From contig CAXXMR010000005.1 of NCBI GenBank assembly GCA_963663805.2, positions 1 to 40,127 of the forward strand: a stretch of 40,127 nucleotides of DNA, read 5' to 3'. The notes beneath the pieces were generated by a model that saw nothing but the letters and a program-made list of their open reading frames with translations, had not been told where the DNA came from and did no database searches. Made by a program: the position numbers and the translations under genes. Origin of the DNA: Sedimentisphaerales bacterium (GTDB lineage: Bacteria; Planctomycetota; Phycisphaerae; Sedimentisphaerales; SM23-30). Below, one piece after another: positions 20,362 through 29,672 of the stretch; position 1 is the stretch's first letter, and each line of letters begins with the position of its first letter.

Positions 20362-20411
20362 TGGTGATTAGTATTGAAAATGGAGCCAGATTTGCATCGA
20401 AATCTGAGCCA
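20362..20411 (+). mobile_element. Orphan IS21-family-like terminal repeat
   Basis: 5'-TG start, then tandem 23-mers GATTAGTATTGAAAATGGAGCCA and GATTTGCATCGAAATCTGAGCCA (17/23 identical); resembles IS21/IS1326-type ends; no istAB in the window. Confidence 0.55.
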
Positions 20412-20412
20412 C

Positions 20413-20741
20413 TTAGGTATCGTCACCACCAGCGGCTTCAATATTCAAGGTGCATTCAAACTTGATGATTTCCGGCAAGTCATTCATCTTTTTCATCTGC
20501 ATTGTTCTCCGTATTATTTACAGGGACAGTAATTTCCGTTTCGTTTAAGCCCAGTTCCGCCATGAGTTTTTTTTCTTTGGCCCGCTGCTGCAGTTCGGTC
20601 TCCCAGTCTTTACCCTGACGGGCGAACTCTGCGGCCAGAGTCGTGGTATTAGATTTAAGGCGTATCTCCTGGGCCCGCGCTTCCTTGGCGGGGTCTACAT
20701 GTTCACTGCCGTCAAAGAACCACTGATGAGGCAGGAAACAG
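20413..20741 (-). pseudogene. C-terminal fragment of a lambda-family phage portal protein (not in the ORF track)
   Basis: Manual translation FLPHQWFFDGSEHVDPAKEARAQEIRLKSNTTTLAAEFARQGKDWETELQQRAKEKKLMAELGL; 5' part cut exactly at the IS66 end. Confidence 0.8.
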
Positions 20742-20821
20742 GTAAGGTTCCGGCCAAGTGCATCTTGCGGGGTTCTTTGAAAAATTGATAATACGGCTCA
20801 TGATTTAATGGAGAGGCAATT

Positions 20822-21172
20822 ATGGGCAAAGCGCGAAAATCTGATACGGAACAGCGGCAGTTTTGGCGGATGGTGCTGGAGACATTTCAATCCAGTGGGT
20901 TATCCGTTCGTCAGTTTTGTCGGCAGGAAGGTTTATCTGAGCCATCTTTTTATTCCTGGCGCAGGCGTCTGACCCAAGCCCGAAACTCTGATTACGACAG
21001 CAAGTCAGAGGCGCAGCCGGAGGCCTTCATTCGCGTTTCGATGCCCCCGTCCCAGCCCGGTTCTCTGGAGCTTGTTCTGGCGGCTGGCCATACATTGCGG
21101 ATACCTTCAAATATCGACGATGCATTTTTAACCGGCGTTCTTTCCGCGCTAAAACAGGCAAAGCTATGCTAA
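20822..21172 (+). CDS. tnpA: IS66 accessory protein TnpA
   Basis: SGLSVRQFCRQEGLSEPSFYSWRRRL motif; first ORF inside the left IR. Confidence 0.9.
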   Translation: MGKARKSDTEQRQFWRMVLETFQSSGLSVRQFCRQEGLSEPSFYSWRRRLTQARNSDYDSKSEAQPEAFIRVSMPPSQPGSLELVLAAGHTLRIPSNIDDAFLTGVLSALKQAKLC

Positions 21173-21525
21173 CTCTGCCCCCGGCGGTGAAGATTTTCAT
21201 TTACTCTCAGCCGACGGATATACGTTGCGGTTTTAACAAGCTTTCGATGCTGGCGGAAAACTTCATGCTTCAAGATTCGTTCAGCGGCCATCTGTTTGTG
21301 TTCTTCAATAAACGCGGCGACAAATGTAAGATTCTTTTCTGGGACCGCACCGGATTCGTCGTTTGGTATAAGCGGCTGGAGGAAGGCACGTTTGAAAAAA
21401 TCCCCGGCAAAAATAATCAGGCATCAATCGAAGTTGATATTGCCAAGCTAAGCTGGATACTGGAAGGCATTGATTTATTTCGCAGTCGCCGCCGAAAACG
21501 CTATGAGCGTAAAAGCTCGCTATAG
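21166..21525 (+). CDS. tnpB: IS66 accessory protein TnpB
   Basis: PTDIRCGFNKL, LFVFFNKRGDKCKILFWD and KRLEEGTF motifs. Confidence 0.93.
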   Translation: MLTLPPAVKIFIYSQPTDIRCGFNKLSMLAENFMLQDSFSGHLFVFFNKRGDKCKILFWDRTGFVVWYKRLEEGTFEKIPGKNNQASIEVDIAKLSWILEGIDLFRSRRRKRYERKSSL

Positions 21526-22251
21526 GCTCTTAGAGTTAAGAATATTACATATTTTCTCATTTTTATGCTTGCTTTTTTCATCATTTCGCTTATCATAATC
21601 TCATCGTTAAGGATGACGAAGTTACTAAACGTTACGGATTGATGATGGCTGAAAAGATAACCGCTCAAAGCTCTGTCGAGCAGCTTCCCGATGATGTTGC
21701 CACTCTTAAAGAGATGGTTCTGACGCTGTTGGGTCAGATTGATGATCTCAGCGGCCAGTTGTATTATCTCAAGCGGCAGTTGTTCGGCAAGAAAAGCGAA
21801 AAGCTCGATCCGGCTCAGCGTTTGTTGTTTGAAAATCTTTACGAGGAAGTTCAACAGAAGATTGAACAGCAGAAGCCCTCACGCGCCAAGGTTGTCAAAG
21901 GCCGTAAGAATGCTAATCATCAAGGCCGCAAGCCGCTGCCGGAAAATTTGCGCCGCGAAACTATCGACATTGAACCTGCCGAAGAAGAAAAAACCTGCCC
22001 GGTATGCCATAACGAAAAAGAACGTATCGGCGAGGAAGTAACCGAAAAGCTGGATTATGTGCCCGCATCTTTTTATGTTCAGCGTTATGTCAGAAGCAAA
22101 TACGCCTGCAAGGTTTGCGAGAATAATATCTCGATTGGCGAACTGCCGCCCATGGCGATCGACAAAGGCATTCCCGCTGAAGGTTTGCTGGCGTATATCA
22201 TAACGAGCAAGTATGCGGACCACCAGCCGTTGAACCGTCTGGAAGGTATTA

Positions 22252-23371
22252 TTACTCCGGCAATTAAACATATGAATCAACTCGCTTTTGCGTATTGCAC
22301 TTTTTCGTGATTAAAAAACTTTTTTACCTTCTTAGGCTTTCGTTGCAGGCTCCGCATATAAGAACTCAGATTATCCTGCAATTGTTCTTGTGACCTTGGC
22401 GCGGGCTTCTTCTTGAGTTGTTGTTTGATGTCCTGGTTGACATATTCATCGGGGTTATGTTCCGGGCTGTAAGGCGGCAGAAAGAACAGCTCGATTTTCT
22501 TTTTATGTTTAGTTGCCCACCGTTGAACCTTCTTGGCATGGTGAACTCTAAGATTATCGACAATCAAAAATACTTTTCGTTTAGCATCCTTAATGAGTCG
22601 TCGCAAAAATGTCAAAAATATATCCACCTTCAAGCCGCCTTCATAAATCATAAAACGCAATTGCCCTTTATTTGTCAGCGATGAAATCATACTTACCGAA
22701 AAACGCTGGGCTGGGCCGTAAACCGTCGGGGTTTGGCCTTTAGGAGCATAGCCCCGACCACGAGCGTCAGCACTGTTAAGCCCGGTTTCATCAGCCCATT
22801 GAATCTCAGCATCTTCCTTTTTAGCACGCTTTTCGATCTCTGGATAGGTCTCGCCCAGCCATTGCTGGACCTTTTCGGGCTGTTGCTCATAAGCTTTGCG
22901 AATCGGTTTTTGAGGTGTAAAACCCCAACGCTTAAGATATTCGCCAGCAGTGCGGATCGGCAACTTAATCGAAAATTTCTGTTCGATTAAATCCATTACC
23001 GCCTGACGATTCCACAAAGCAAATTTCAGTTTTAACTGTTCGGGATATTTGTCCCGAATCAAAACCTGAATCTCCTTTTCCTGCTCTAAAGTCAAAGTTC
23101 TGTTTTCGCCTTTTCTGCGACCTCGTTGGCCGGGCTTTAAGCCAGCCATTCCCTCAGACAAATATCGCTGCCACCATCGATTGACAGTTTGGTAAGCAAT
23201 CTCAAGGATCGCCGCAACTTCCCTTTGCTTTTTGCCGGCTTTGAGCAACTTTATGCAGGTTCGCCTCAGTTCATACTGAGCTTGCTGGTTAAGTTTTCGT
23301 GAATCTCGTTTTTCCATTACAAAAGTATAGCAGAAAATTAATAATGTTCATCTATTTTATTGCCGGATTAA
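22252..23371 (-). mobile_element. IS630 family element
   Basis: IRs TTACTCCGGCAATTAAACATATGAA and (reverse complement) TTAATCCGGCAATAAAATAGATGAA; TA duplication at 22250-51 and 23372-73. Confidence 0.95.
22277..23317 (-). CDS. IS630 transposase, intact single ORF
   Basis: HTH N terminus; DETG, VDNLRVH and LPPYSPEHNPDE catalytic motifs. Confidence 0.95.
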   Translation of the reverse strand: MEKRDSRKLNQQAQYELRRTCIKLLKAGKKQREVAAILEIAYQTVNRWWQRYLSEGMAGLKPGQRGRRKGENRTLTLEQEKEIQVLIRDKYPEQLKLKFALWNRQAVMDLIEQKFSIKLPIRTAGEYLKRWGFTPQKPIRKAYEQQPEKVQQWLGETYPEIEKRAKKEDAEIQWADETGLNSADARGRGYAPKGQTPTVYGPAQRFSVSMISSLTNKGQLRFMIYEGGLKVDIFLTFLRRLIKDAKRKVFLIVDNLRVHHAKKVQRWATKHKKKIELFFLPPYSPEHNPDEYVNQDIKQQLKKKPAPRSQEQLQDNLSSYMRSLQRKPKKVKKFFNHEKVQYAKAS

Positions 23372-23639
23372 TATTAAGCGGCACGGCGTGGAAATCAACG
23401 TCTCAACCATGTGCGACTGGGTGGGCAGTTGCGCTGAACTGCTGGAGCCGCTGGTCAAACGTATGCGAGAGAAGATTCAGCAGTCGGAAATCATTTATAC
23501 CGATGATACCTCCATCCCCATCAAGAGCAAAAACCGTAAAGGATCCACGTATAAGGGCTATTTGTGGGTTTATATCGATACTGATTATAATGTGGCGTTT
23601 GATTTTACGCCGACGCGTTCGCGCGAAGGTCCGCTAAAT

Positions 23640-24232
23640 CCAAGCTAATCCACCGGCTCTGCCGGTGAGAATTTATAAGGCTCTGCCGTTAAGTGCGTTA
23701 CAATGGTCCTCCTTGAGGAAGGCTCCTGGGGTCAAGGAGGACACTATGAAAGACTGGCAGAGTCAGGCCCATGTAAAATGGGACTGTAAGTATCATGTTG
23801 TTATTGTACCCAAATATCGTCGCAAAGCAATATTTGGTAAGTTGCGAAAGGAAATAGGTGCGATATTGCGAGAATTGTGCCGCCAATATGGGATAGAGCT
23901 TATAGAAGGTAACGCCATGGCAGACCATATTCATATGCTCCTGAGCGTTCCGCCCAAGTACAGCATCGCTATGACCATCGGTTATCTCAAAGGTAAAAGT
24001 GCCATCCGGATTTCTCGTGATCTGATGCGTACCAAAGGCACTCTCTTTGGCCGCAGTTTTTGGTCTCGCGGTTATTGTGTAAGTACCGTTGGTCTTGATG
24101 AAGCCCATATTCGTAAGTACATTCAAGATCAGGACAAGCATGAGCAAAATATTGAAAAAGGATTAGACTAACTGTAATGGCCCCTTTTAGGGGCCTTCCT
24201 CATACCACCGGCTCTGCCGGTGGTCATTGATT
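23640..24232 (+). mobile_element. IS200/IS605 family element, tnpA only (ends uncertain by 1-2 bp)
   Basis: Subterminal hairpins CACCGGC-TCT-GCCGGTG (23651-67) and ACCACCGGC-TCT-GCCGGTGGT (24204-24); no target duplication; excision restores tnpC GPLNFIGRD. Confidence 0.92.
23746..24171 (+). CDS. tnpA: IS200-type HUH (Y1) transposase
   Basis: CKYHVVIVPKYRR, DHIHML, LKGKS, FWSRGY and YIQDQ motifs; RBS AAGGAGG. Confidence 0.95.
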   Translation: MKDWQSQAHVKWDCKYHVVIVPKYRRKAIFGKLRKEIGAILRELCRQYGIELIEGNAMADHIHMLLSVPPKYSIAMTIGYLKGKSAIRISRDLMRTKGTLFGRSFWSRGYCVSTVGLDEAHIRKYIQDQDKHEQNIEKGLD

Positions 24233-25107
24233 TTTATCGGCAGAGATTATCAGGGTTTTGTGCATGCCGATGCTTATAGCGGCTATGATGAACTGTTTCG
24301 GGCTACCGATGCCGTTGAGGTGGCTTGTAATGCGCATGCGCGGCGGAAGTTTGAATACGCTTTAGACAGCGACCCGGTGCGGGCGGCACATTTTATGGTG
24401 CTCTGGGGTAAGCTTTATGAAATCGAGCGACGGGCAAAAGCGGAAAAATATTCGCCGGAGCAACTTTTGCAAGCCCGCCAGGAAGAAGCCCTGCCGATCT
24501 TTGCCGAAATCCGGGCGAAGCTGGATGAGTATCAGGGACAGGTTCTGCCTAAAAATAATATGGGCAAAGCCGTCACCTACGCCCTGAACCAGTGGGATGC
24601 CCTGGTCCGCTATACCAGCGACCCACGGCTGAGCATCGATAATAATCTTTCGGAACGAACGCTGAGAATGGTAGTGATCGGCCGAAAAAATTATATGTTC
24701 GCCGGCAGCGAAGCCGGAGCCGAACGCGCCGCCATAATCTATAGCCTGGTCGCCGGCTGCAAACTACACAATCACGACCCATTCGCATATTTCAATGATG
24801 TCCTCAGAAAAATCACCACCACCGGCGCCAACCAAATCGACACCCTCCTGCCCGCCAACTGGAAAACCCCGCAAAATTAACCCGCCCCAACCGCAATCCA
24901 CCAATTGTCAGCCAAGGTGTACTTGGCCGGAAACTTACTTTATACGTCCTATAAAATTGTGCGAAAAATATTATACGTTATCAGGAAAAAGGCTGCGCGA
25001 AGCTGGATTCCTGGACTGGCAGAAAAGTTTACTCCAAATGATGTTGCCTGATCGCACTGTCGCCGTCGTGGCAGGACTACAGCTTGATGCTCGATATGGG
25101 TACAAAG

Positions 25108-27231
25108 TCAGTTCGCTTCAGGAATGTCAAAGAAATAGACCTTGAAACCATAACTTTGCATATAAAGCAGATTATTCCATATCCCTATATCATTAGTAAA
25201 GTTCTGAGTTGCGGCATGAAATGCTCGCTTGGGATGACCTGGATCGGCAATATCATAAACGATCAAACCGAATCCTTGCGATGCTTCGATTAGATAACCT
25301 CTGTAAAATAACAGCTCCTGCGGTATGCGGCCGGCCAATTTCTCCACTGGGGTTGCATTTCTGCTGCCGACCATTTCGCATGAATACTTACCGTCACCCT
25401 GCCGGTTCAGTTTACTGATATATAAACCCTTTTTATTGGCAATATACAGATAATCGATGTTGAATGACACGGCTTCTATAACACCAAATATGTTAGATGG
25501 ACCTCTGTCAAAATAATTGTCGGAGATTACTTTAGGTTCAGTTGGCTCCGCCAGGTCCAATATAACAATCCTGGTCTGGCTATAGCATAGCAGCTTGTCT
25601 CCAAAGATCTGGAAAGCATGAGTTGGCAGGCGCGGATCATCGCCCAAATCAAAAAAGAAATTATCTTGCGTATTTGTTACAGTTACTTCACAGCTTTTTT
25701 TATTTTTCGCTACAAGTGGAATTGTTTTGATTATTTCAGGTTGCCCGGCCTTGGCAACAGAAATAATTACAAATTGATAATCATCACTTAAATAACAATA
25801 GTCTCCATAATTCGCAAAAGATCTATTGAGAGAAATATGAAATGATTCGATTTCCATCTTATTTACTTCTACTGGCTGCTCAGGATTCGATATATCAATT
25901 ACAAGAAAATAAATGCTATTATTCTTACCATTTGAATTCGGACGAATAGCCGCGTATAAATAATTTTCCCTGACAAAACACCCCATGACTGTTTGATATT
26001 CATATCTGCGGACCGGTTCTGTTTTAAATAGTTTCAGCCCTCCAGCTGCAAAATCAGGTGATTGTTTCATTCCTGCCTGTACAGGAATGTCGCTATTAGC
26101 CCAATATGGAAATCGATAAGTCTGAACAACAAAATGTTTTATTACATCTCTTTCGTTTGGCATAGGCCTGTCATTTTCCACATCCTGATAGCACACACTA
26201 ACTCTATACATAAGATCATCATTGGTACAAACAGCATCTATATAGCTGGCGAAAAAATTATATAAACTTCGAATTGTCTGGCCTTCAGGTATTTCTTTCT
26301 GAAAATCTTGCGGCACATGATTCCAGCCAAATTCAGCGGGATTAACAATGTTTTTACCGTCCCACCTCTTAACCGGTTCCAGATTATGTCCAACCTGGAA
26401 TATGGCCACCCCAAAAATAAACGCTGCCGACAGTCCCAATGTCCAGACGATAGTCTTCTGGCCCGGCCGCCACCGCCAGTTATTTTGGATTGCCAGGACA
26501 GAGAGCTTGAGGAATATAAAGGCAACGGCGGTCATGAACGCCAGAAATTCTACATATTGAAAGAACCTGGGCCAGGGATATGTCTTCCAAAGATATTGTA
26601 TATTATACCTATGTTCGGGACGAAGATATCCATTTAATATACGGTTGAGTAGAGAATCCTCATGATATTGAAGCTGCTCAAAGATATTCATCCAGCTCAA
26701 GCCACCCACCAGCAGCGGCAGGAAATAGATAAGTAATCCCGCCCAAATGGTAATCAGGACCGCTCGGGCGTTATCTCTTATCAGCACCACCAGGAACATT
26801 GCTGTTGAATATAATGCCAGAGAAATTGGATAAGTGCACCAAAGTGCAGACCAGGCGAAAGAATCAACCGAACGGTAATATTGATAGCAGGTTATAATAT
26901 CCAAAATTGTAATAATTGAAAAAGTCAATAGCAATATTATCGAAGCGAGCAGAAATTTAGTGACAAACAGGCGTTCTGCTTTTACCGGCTTACTCTGCCA
27001 GAAAGTATCTACTCCTTTTCGTGTATCAGAATAGGTAGATGCAATAGAAAGAATAATAGCGTATAATGCACCGAATGCTAATACAATGGCACTCCCCAGG
27101 TCAGTTCTGAATTGACCGGCGTTTTTCCACGCAAAAGCACATTCAATGACCGGAAAACTTATTCCTCCCAGACAACCAGTCAGGAATAGCCACTTCTGCT
27201 GCTGCCATTCTTTCCAGAGTATCTTCATCAA
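25108..27231 (-). CDS. ABC-2-type permease fused to a large soluble domain with LVIVD-like repeats
   Basis: ILWKEW start, multiple TM segments, FWQSKPV; C-terminal [21 protein letters not shown] and [11 protein letters not shown] repeats. Confidence 0.75.
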   Translation of the reverse strand: MMKILWKEWQQQKWLFLTGCLGGISFPVIECAFAWKNAGQFRTDLGSAIVLAFGALYAIILSIASTYSDTRKGVDTFWQSKPVKAERLFVTKFLLASIILLLTFSIITILDIITCYQYYRSVDSFAWSALWCTYPISLALYSTAMFLVVLIRDNARAVLITIWAGLLIYFLPLLVGGLSWMNIFEQLQYHEDSLLNRILNGYLRPEHRYNIQYLWKTYPWPRFFQYVEFLAFMTAVAFIFLKLSVLAIQNNWRWRPGQKTIVWTLGLSAAFIFGVAIFQVGHNLEPVKRWDGKNIVNPAEFGWNHVPQDFQKEIPEGQTIRSLYNFFASYIDAVCTNDDLMYRVSVCYQDVENDRPMPNERDVIKHFVVQTYRFPYWANSDIPVQAGMKQSPDFAAGGLKLFKTEPVRRYEYQTVMGCFVRENYLYAAIRPNSNGKNNSIYFLVIDISNPEQPVEVNKMEIESFHISLNRSFANYGDYCYLSDDYQFVIISVAKAGQPEIIKTIPLVAKNKKSCEVTVTNTQDNFFFDLGDDPRLPTHAFQIFGDKLLCYSQTRIVILDLAEPTEPKVISDNYFDRGPSNIFGVIEAVSFNIDYLYIANKKGLYISKLNRQGDGKYSCEMVGSRNATPVEKLAGRIPQELLFYRGYLIEASQGFGLIVYDIADPGHPKRAFHAATQNFTNDIGIWNNLLYMQSYGFKVYFFDIPEAN

Positions 27232-27960
27232 TCACGAACTCCTTTGCCATTTGCGCTGACCAAGCCAGAGCATAACAATAAATAAAATTCCCTGCTCGAT
27301 GAATAAGGTCGCATTTGACATACCCCATACAGGTTTAACGAAATGTATCCACATAAATGGATTAATAAATGATATTATCTCCTTAAGAGCCATAGGCAGT
27401 ACCTGATGTCGAAATATATCTATGTGTGTTATTTGAATTATTACTATATGAGCACATAAGAACAACAATATTACCAACCCGGTCACCCCCACAGATGCTT
27501 CACCGCCTTTTTGGGGCGAGAAACAGCATATCATACTGTAAAACATCGTGGTGGACATGATCCCCGCAAATAACTGCCTGAAGACATCATTGAATCTGAA
27601 TAACGACTCATCGGCATTAAAATAATCCATCGCGGTTATTACCAGGCCGCAAATTAATATCGGAACGGCAAAATTCAGCCAGCCAAAGAACCACTTACAC
27701 AAGAACACCTTCCAGGGCTTCACTGGTTTGGCAGCAAGAAATATTTTAGTTCTATCTGTTATCTCTGGGGCGATAACCCCCATGGCACTATACAAAGACA
27801 GAATATAACCGCCGCCAAATATCACCAGAACAATATTCTCATTGCCTGTAGTCAATCTGGCACTGATCAGGACACACGTAAAAAAGGCCAGCATCAATGT
27901 CCCAAAGGCCAGCTTCCAGCGCTGCTCATGCCATTCTTTCCAAATCAGTGGTTTGATCAT
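27232..27960 (-). CDS. ABC-2-type permease
   Basis: LIWKEW start, about six hydrophobic segments, E..DRT.IFLAAKPV motif. Confidence 0.8.
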   Translation of the reverse strand: MIKPLIWKEWHEQRWKLAFGTLMLAFFTCVLISARLTTGNENIVLVIFGGGYILSLYSAMGVIAPEITDRTKIFLAAKPVKPWKVFLCKWFFGWLNFAVPILICGLVITAMDYFNADESLFRFNDVFRQLFAGIMSTTMFYSMICCFSPQKGGEASVGVTGLVILLFLCAHIVIIQITHIDIFRHQVLPMALKEIISFINPFMWIHFVKPVWGMSNATLFIEQGILFIVMLWLGQRKWQRSS

Positions 27961-28862
27961 ATCGCTGCCGCCGTTCCCCTGTTTCCAATTACATATGCTT
28001 CGAAAATCTCATCCAGATTAAGGCTGATTTCTCTGGTAAAGCCGCCGTATAATTCGACAATCTTGCCTATCTTCTCTGAATTGCAGTTTTCGACAGTCAA
28101 AGCTACCCGCTCCCCGGTCTTAGAAGCATCCAGAATTCCTTCGATTTGGCCAAAATCATTTCTGGAAGTATCGAGAATGACCTTTTTAACACTTTCTCTT
28201 AAAGAATAGGTTTTTTCGGCTTTGAGAATAACCCCCTTATCCAGTATTGCGACATGGTCGGCAATCGGTTCGATCTCATACAAAAGATGGCTCGAGAAAA
28301 ATACGGTTACGCCGTTAGTCTGTAATAGCCCGATGACATGCCTCAGAAACTCTTTGCGGGCTATGGGGTCCAAACCAAGTGTAGGGTCATCTAAAATAAC
28401 CACCTTGGGACGGTGGCCCAAGGCTAATAATAGGGCCAAACTGCTGTTTTGTCCCTTGGATAGGGTTTTAACTTTACTTTTTCCGGATAACTCAAGCATA
28501 TCCAGGAGCATATTGCTGAACTCAAAATCCCATTCCGGATAGAAGCCAGCGACCCAGTTGATAATCTGGTTAATACGCATCCAGCCGTACATCTGTTGGT
28601 CCTCTGCCATATAGCCTACTATCCGACGTACCGAAACGGCATCTTTTTGCGAATCGATACCTTCTATTATGCAGGAACCATCTTGGGCTTTAAGAAGACC
28701 TAGCAGCAGTTTGATTGTAGTTGTCTTGCCAGCCCCGTTCCGGCCCAGAAAACCGAATATCGAGCCTTCAGGCACCTCCAAACTAACGCCTTTTAACACA
28801 TTTCTTCGGCTATATGCGAAACTTAAATCTTTTACTTCAATGGCATTTTTACCCATATCCAT
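27957..28862 (-). CDS. ABC transporter ATP-binding protein (YtrB-like)
   Basis: GRNGAGKTT, LSKGQ, ILDDPTLGLD and SSH motifs. Confidence 0.95.
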   Translation of the reverse strand: MDMGKNAIEVKDLSFAYSRRNVLKGVSLEVPEGSIFGFLGRNGAGKTTTIKLLLGLLKAQDGSCIIEGIDSQKDAVSVRRIVGYMAEDQQMYGWMRINQIINWVAGFYPEWDFEFSNMLLDMLELSGKSKVKTLSKGQNSSLALLLALGHRPKVVILDDPTLGLDPIARKEFLRHVIGLLQTNGVTVFFSSHLLYEIEPIADHVAILDKGVILKAEKTYSLRESVKKVILDTSRNDFGQIEGILDASKTGERVALTVENCNSEKIGKIVELYGGFTREISLNLDEIFEAYVIGNRGTAAAI

Positions 28863-29267
28863 CTACTCCGATTTACTTTTAGCGGATTTGATAAGTTCGT
28901 ATTCTTTGGTCAGCAGTTCCCGAGCCTGCTCAAGTGATAAATCCAGCTGGACGGCCTGGACTGCCGCTTCACGCAGGATACTGGCAACTGCTTTTTTTCT
29001 CTCTGCGACTGGAATATTCTGTTTATTTGATGAAACGTATGTTCCGTCCCCGCGTTCAATTTTCAGCACATTCTCACGGCATAGCTCATTATAGACTTTT
29101 AGGATAGTATTCTGATTAACTGCCAGTTTTGAGGCCAGGTCCCTGATGCTGGGAACCTTATCGCCTTCTTTCAGCATCCCGGTAGCAACCTGGTATTTTA
29201 TCTGGTCGATTATCTGTCGATATATAGGTACCGATGAAGATGGTTCGATTCTTATAAAAATAGTCAC
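28863..29267 (-). CDS. GntR family regulator, YtrA subfamily
   Basis: PIYRQIIDQIK...PSIRDLASKLAVNQNT...GTYV with a short C terminus; heads an ABC operon. Confidence 0.93.
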   Translation of the reverse strand: MTIFIRIEPSSSVPIYRQIIDQIKYQVATGMLKEGDKVPSIRDLASKLAVNQNTILKVYNELCRENVLKIERGDGTYVSSNKQNIPVAERKKAVASILREAAVQAVQLDLSLEQARELLTKEYELIKSAKSKSE

Positions 29268-29288
29268 GTCTCCTTGGCAGAGTAATAT

Positions 29289-29327
29289 TGTTATATATAA
29301 CTATAACACATTATCGAAAAAAGTCAA
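29289..29327 (-). promoter_or_regulatory. Sigma70-type promoter overlapped by a YtrA-type operator
   Basis: Minus strand TTGACT (29327-22), 16 bp, TG-n-TATAGT (29305-00); inverted repeat TGTTATA-N6-TATAACA at 29289-29308. Confidence 0.7.
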
Positions 29328-29523
29328 CACGGATGTTTAGTTTTTCGAAAATTAACGAGAATAGGCACTCTACTTGGTAATCAGTACTTATTTATAATCA
29401 AGTACTTATGTAACATCCCTAAATGACATTGCGATGTTTTCTTATCGGTAAGTTACGGAGAAAACAACACGCAAATGCCTCCCCGTACCATTCGAATTTC
29501 GTAAAAGCTAATGACTCCCCAAC

Positions 29524-29672
29524 AACCTCCCCCACCCGAACCTCCCCATAATCCCGCGAGAATTCTGGGCACCGCCACAATCGCCTGCCAACCATGATTT
29601 CAGCAATTACGTCGTAAAAATCTCTCCCACTCTGACCTGTCCGTAATTCTGCCCAAACTCCGGGCAGTGCCA
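29524..29672 (-). repeat. Two diverged 54-bp direct repeats conserved at the peptide level
   Basis: 29619-29672 encodes WHCPEFGQNYGQVRVGEI; 29524-29577 encodes WRCPEFSRDYGEVRVGEV. Confidence 0.75.

Larger units (their letters stand above)
21642..24880 (+). pseudogene. tnpC: IS66 transposase TnpC, in three pieces after IS630 and IS200-type insertions
   Basis: FGKKSEK and a Cys-rich region; then KRHGVEINVSTMCDWV...DDT...GYLWVY (23374-23639); then HADAYSGY...CNAHARRKF...IDNNLSER. Removing both insertions restores the frame. Confidence 0.93.
20742..24938 (+). mobile_element. IS66 family element containing two nested IS
   Basis: Terminal inverted repeats GTAAGGTTCCGGCCAAGTGCATCTTG and (reverse complement) GTAAGTTTCCGGCCAAGTACACCTTG, 23/26 identical; tnpA-tnpB-tnpC gene order. 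Confidence 0.95.

Noticed and set aside
20362..20411. Tn7/CAST transposon end
   Set aside because: No tns or cas genes and no TGT terminus; the repeat pattern fits IS21-type ends better.
21166..24232. RNA-guided TnpB nuclease
   Set aside because: The IS66 TnpB is an unrelated 119-aa accessory protein, and the IS200-type element ends right after tnpA with no RuvC ORF.
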